This document shows, piece after piece, positions 42,684 through 45,653 of a stretch of DNA of 45,653 nt. This stretch comes from a virus. Every line of letters begins with the position of its first letter. Within the stretch, counting starts at the first letter, position 1. Both the position numbers and the translations under genes were made by a program. The notes under the pieces are model-generated. The model saw nothing but the letters and a program-made list of their open reading frames with translations. It did no database searches and was not told the DNA's origin. Where the stretch lies: positions 1-45,653 of the IMG/VR virus record IMGVR_UViG_3300044498_000033, one strand, 5' to 3'.

Positions 42684-42710
42684 CTACTAATTTGCGCCTA
42701 CCCGGTTATC

Positions 42711-43256
42711 ATGGCCATGTTAGCGGCCATCCCTGACCGCGGCCGTGCTGACAAAGGCGCGAAACTGCCGACGTTCTCCCGCACCAAGATCCGGCTGCGC
42801 TGCTTCGCCTACAGCCAGCTCACCGCCGGCCAGATGATGCGGCTGGCGCCCGAGGACATCGACTTGGAGGCTAAGGCCATTCGGCTGCCGCGGCGGTTCA
42901 AGGGGCGGGGCTCCGAGGCCCGCTGGGTGCCGCTCGTGGCGCCGGCCGTGGAGGCGTTTCGTGATTTCATCGCCCACGGACTCTTCGGCCGGTTCTCGAC
43001 ATCCTCGGCCTGGAAGTCGTTCAACCGGGCGGCCGCTCAGGTGGGCCTAGGACCGCTCAGAGTCTACGACCTCCGTCATTCCTTCGCCTCGGCCCTGGTC
43101 GCCGCCTCCAAGGACGACGGGGCCGCCCAGATGGCCCTGCAGCACGGCTCCCCGGAAACGACGAGGCGCTACACGGAAGCCGCCGTGGACCCGAGAATCA
43201 AAGAGGCGATGTCGAAGCTCGATGAAACATTGGGGGAACATATCGGGGCAACCTGA
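42711..43256 (+). CDS. int: Tyrosine recombinase/integrase, catalytic domain only (181 aa)
   Basis: LTAGQMMRLAPEDIDL, KGRGSEARWVPL, YDLRHSFASAL, LQHGSPETTRRY (R..K..R-H..H..Y layout); no room for an N-terminal core/arm-binding domain. Confidence 0.75.
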   Translation: MAMLAAIPDRGRADKGAKLPTFSRTKIRLRCFAYSQLTAGQMMRLAPEDIDLEAKAIRLPRRFKGRGSEARWVPLVAPAVEAFRDFIAHGLFGRFSTSSAWKSFNRAAAQVGLGPLRVYDLRHSFASALVAASKDDGAAQMALQHGSPETTRRYTEAAVDPRIKEAMSKLDETLGEHIGAT

Positions 43257-43379
43257 TGTAGACTCATCGGGAATTACAGGGACTTTTCGGGACTGGCCTA
43301 CAGGAGTTCGCCGGGCGGTGGACAGGCGAAAGGATAGGAATTCTCAGGGAAGTCAGGGGCGAAAGCGGAGACGCCTCAA

Positions 43380-43422
43380 TCGGCTTAGAAGGCCGATGCT
43401 CTATCCCCTGAGCTACGGGCGC
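43380..43422 (-). other. 5' half of a tRNA-Arg(UCU) (acceptor 5' strand, D arm, anticodon arm); candidate attP core
   Basis: Minus strand: GCGCCCG TA GCTC AGGGGATA GAGC A TCGGC CTTCTAA GCCGA; no T arm or 3' acceptor strand follows. Confidence 0.7.
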
Positions 43423-43505
43423 TCAATCACTTACGGGCTGGGGCAACACTGCGGGTCAACCAGCCTCCGTACACATTAATACTACCGCAACCGAAGGGGT
43501 TCCCC

Positions 43506-43706
43506 ATGAGACGCACGCTGCTGGTTCTCGCCATCGTCGTCACCGCCCTGTCGTCCTACGCCGCCGCGCAGGGGCTCGTCGCCCGCTGCGGCACCGTCAA
43601 GAACAACTCCGACTTCTCCATCGTGGTCTACGTGAAGGCGAACGGCGCCCTCGGCCCCGTGGCGATTGGCCCGCACGACAGCGCCAGAGTGTGCGCCGGC
43701 CGATGA
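43506..43706 (+). CDS. Small secreted protein (66 aa, signal peptide)
   Basis: MRRTLLVLAIVVTALSSYAAAQG; GAAGGGG 6 nt upstream of the ATG. Confidence 0.55.
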   Translation: MRRTLLVLAIVVTALSSYAAAQGLVARCGTVKNNSDFSIVVYVKANGALGPVAIGPHDSARVCAGR

Positions 43707-43882
43707 TGTTCCTGGCCTCGGCGCTCTATCTCATCATCGGTGGGGTGTTCGCGTACCGCGATGCCAAGCTGTACCGCTTCCCCGAGGAAGGCTCACTGAC
43801 GCGCGTGATCATGGCCGCCATCTACATTACCCTCTGGCCGCTCTGGTTCCTTGTGCGCGGGATCGTGCGAGCCTGGCGTTAG
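43703..43882 (+). CDS. 59-aa two-TM membrane protein
   Basis: ATG 43703 overlaps the upstream TGA (ATGA); FLASALYLIIGGVFAY and VIMAAIYITLWPLWFLV. Confidence 0.5.
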   Translation: MMFLASALYLIIGGVFAYRDAKLYRFPEEGSLTRVIMAAIYITLWPLWFLVRGIVRAWR

Positions 43883-44044
43883 TCTCGACCTGAAGCGGTC
43901 GCACGTATCGCGGTCGAGCACGCGGCGGTCGGTGCCGTCTACCCAGCACGTCCCGGCGACCCAGCCGCGGCGTTTCCAGTAGATGCAATGCTGGCACGTC
44001 ACATTCACGGATTCCGTGATTCCGGGAATGCGTGAAGTTGGCAT
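43793..44044 (-). CDS. Cys-rich small protein (83 aa), paralog-like to 26766..27035
   Basis: ATG 44042-44044 lies 1 nt after the upstream TAA; CQHCIYW..GTCW..DTCDRF; the 3' end overlaps the plus-strand ORF 43703..43882 convergently by 90 nt. Confidence 0.45.
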   Translation of the reverse strand: MPTSRIPGITESVNVTCQHCIYWKRRGWVAGTCWVDGTDRRVLDRDTCDRFRSRLTPGSHDPAHKEPERPEGNVDGGHDHARQ

Positions 44045-44045
44045 G

Positions 44046-44480
44046 TTACGACTTCTTGAGCAGGAACAGCACGCGGCTCCATGTGCTCCGCGCAATCGCC
44101 CACGCCTGCGGCCAGCGTTCATTGGGATCGTACACGTCGCCCTTGCCGTCGAGATAGGCCGCGTGCGTCACCGTGTTCGGGAGCACCACGAAGAGCACGC
44201 CGGCATCGGTCATCGGGTCGAACGTCTTGACCCGCACCAACGTGACGCCGAGTGCGGCGGCGGTGCGAATGACATCCGGCTCGTACATGCCGACCGACCC
44301 GAGTTCAATGCCGAGCGCCAGCCGCGCCTTGTCCACCACTTCGTAGGGCTTCCCCGTCGTCATCGCCAAGACCGCGACCGCGCAGTCGGAGGCCCCGCGC
44401 TGGCGGACGTGAATCGTCTGGACCGAGACGCACTGCGCCAAAGTCAGCAGCACCACGAGCCCGATCCGGATCGCTCTCAC
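44046..44480 (-). CDS. Secreted papain-like cysteine peptidase (C39-like)
   Basis: Signal-like MRAIRIGLVVLLTLAQCVSV; QRGASDCAVAVLAMTTGKPY (Q..C motif) and VTHAAYLDGKGDVYDP (H..D). Confidence 0.5.
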   Translation of the reverse strand: MRAIRIGLVVLLTLAQCVSVQTIHVRQRGASDCAVAVLAMTTGKPYEVVDKARLALGIELGSVGMYEPDVIRTAAALGVTLVRVKTFDPMTDAGVLFVVLPNTVTHAAYLDGKGDVYDPNERWPQAWAIARSTWSRVLFLLKKS

Positions 44481-44992
44481 GTCAGCATGTCCGACTGAAA
44501 CGCCACCGCGTAGCCGATGAGCTTCTGCACGGAGTCGGCCTCAAAGGTGGCGTCCACCACAATGGCGTCGATGTCCTGCTCGACCGGGTGATTCAGATCG
44601 CGGTCGGACGCCCGGTACGCCTTGCCCGTGGGCAACCGTCGAATCACGCGCACGATGGTGCCGCCCATGTCCTTCACCATCGCCGCCTCGTCGGGCTTCC
44701 GGATGCCCGTGATGATCGCCAGGGGTGGGCAGTGGTCGCGGATGGCTTCGTACATCGCCATCAAGAGCAGCTTCCGATCAATCTTCCCGTGGAGGCTTTG
44801 GAGGTGGATCGCGTTGCGCTGGGACATGCGGCCGGCCAGTCGTTCGTGGGCGGCGAGCAGATCCGAAAAGGCCCAGCGCTCCGCCCCAGGCACTTGCCGC
44901 AGCAGCGCCATCGCGAAGGTGTCCTTGCCGTTTCTCGCGGCGCCAGTCACGGCGACCACGCGCACGTCGGGGATGGGCGGGTAAAGCGTCAC
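44477..44992 (-). CDS. P-loop dNMP-kinase-like protein (171 aa from GTG 44992)
   Basis: GTGA overlap with the upstream stop; VVAVTGAARNGKDTFA P-loop of the GKDT type seen in phage dNMP kinases. Confidence 0.5.
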   Translation of the reverse strand: MTLYPPIPDVRVVAVTGAARNGKDTFAMALLRQVPGAERWAFSDLLAAHERLAGRMSQRNAIHLQSLHGKIDRKLLLMAMYEAIRDHCPPLAIITGIRKPDEAAMVKDMGGTIVRVIRRLPTGKAYRASDRDLNHPVEQDIDAIVVDATFEADSVQKLIGYAVAFQSDMLT

Positions 44993-45249
44993 TGCTTCCG
45001 CCCGAACTTCAGCATCGCCGCGATCCAGCAGGCGTTGCCAGCCACCAGCGCGTAGGCACCAGCAAGGCTGAACCATTGCCCGAGATGCGGGTAGTACGCG
45101 AGATTCCAGATGCCCCACGACGTGAAGAACACCACGGCCGGGAGATAGATCCCGGCGTAACCGCGATCCCTGACCACGCGCATCGCATTAGCCCACGTGA
45201 AGATGGCGCCTATGCCCTCGAAGATGCCGTTGATGAGGTCGGGAGTCAT
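44989..45249 (-). CDS. 86-aa three-TM membrane protein
   Basis: ATG 45247-45249; GIGAIFTWANAM, IYLPAVVFFTSWGIWNLAYY, FSLAGAYALVAGNACWIAAM. Confidence 0.55.
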   Translation of the reverse strand: MTPDLINGIFEGIGAIFTWANAMRVVRDRGYAGIYLPAVVFFTSWGIWNLAYYPHLGQWFSLAGAYALVAGNACWIAAMLKFGRKQ

Positions 45250-45269
45250 AACGTCATTCGCCGTACCCG

Positions 45270-45653
45270 TTACGCTGCTTCCTGTTTCGGTGATGCTGCC
45301 TTCAGGTACGCCTCGAACATCGCGCCGCATTTCTCGAAGATGCCCAACCCCACGTTGCACCTGAAGCACAGGAGGCCGCGCACGCGTTGAGTCGAGTGGC
45401 AGTGATCGACTGCGGGTCGGTTGTACTTGCCTCCAAAGTGGCTTGAGCCGCAGCACGCACACTTGCCGCCCTGCGCCTCGAACATCTGCTGATGCTGCTC
45501 AGGGGTGATGCCGAAGTTGTATTTCAGCGCCGCGCGGCGCCACGACGCATGTTTGCGTTCGGGCGATTTCAACCGAAAACGCGAGGCGTGATAGCAGTTC
45601 TTACACAGCCCTTTCGCGACGTGCGGCCTGTCCGGATGACACGTCGCTCGCTG
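45270..45653 (-). CDS. Endonuclease VII-like (His-Me finger) nuclease, C-terminal part; the gene continues across the window end to ATG 238
   Basis: GGKCACCG...RPAVDHCHSTQRVRGLLCFRCNVGLG; the frame stays open to the window edge. Confidence 0.85.
   Translation of the reverse strand, partial: QRATCHPDRPHVAKGLCKNCYHASRFRLKSPERKHASWRRAALKYNFGITPEQHQQMFEAQGGKCACCGSSHFGGKYNRPAVDHCHSTQRVRGLLCFRCNVGLGIFEKCGAMFEAYLKAASPKQEAA
45527..45653. repeat. Terminal direct repeat, copy 2 (identical to 1..127)
   Basis: Read directly, base for base. Confidence 0.97.

Noticed and set aside
43372-43422. Possible complete tRNA gene
   Set aside because: Only the acceptor 5' strand, D arm and anticodon arm are present. 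The following sequence (TTGAGGCGTCTCCGCTTTCGCC) cannot form a T arm, and there is no complementary 3' acceptor strand. It was therefore reported as a fragment and attP candidate.

Overview
The window appears to be a complete high-GC tailed-phage genome. Bases 1-127 are identical to 45527-45653, so the unique length is 45,526 bp and the molecule is circular or terminally redundant. One gene, an endonuclease VII-like nuclease, runs across that junction. Nearly all genes lie on the minus strand in one long, tightly packed array, with frequent ATGA/GTGA/TTGA stop-start overlaps; I used these to shorten many over-extended ORF-track starts. Reading along the minus strand from about 42645 downward, the order is as follows. 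First come early HTH regulators, an Xis/AlpA-like protein, a FEN-type 5'-3' exonuclease fused to a RecT-like annealase, four HNH nucleases, NinB-like and VRR-NUC-like proteins, and a DNA methyltransferase. Next is a run of small ORFs that includes two Lar-type restriction-alleviation paralogs. Then come small and large terminase, portal, a GroES-like co-chaperonin, scaffold, decoration-like protein and HK97-type capsid. An unusual island follows: a SAM methyltransferase, a GT2-like glycosyltransferase and three large proteins with signal-peptide-like N-termini. After it come T7-style tail-tubular-like genes, a tail fibre, internal-virion-like proteins, and small membrane (lysis) proteins plus a DUF5675 protein. 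The array ends with a metallophosphoesterase, endonuclease VII, a dNMP-kinase-like protein and a secreted C39-like peptidase. The only plus-strand island (42711-43882) holds a short tyrosine integrase (catalytic domain only) and two small secreted/membrane ORFs. A 5' half of tRNA-Arg(UCU), on the minus strand between them, is a likely attP core. No tape-measure gene, rRNA, CRISPR array or complete tRNA was seen. All functional calls rest on motifs read by eye in the translations; no database search was run.
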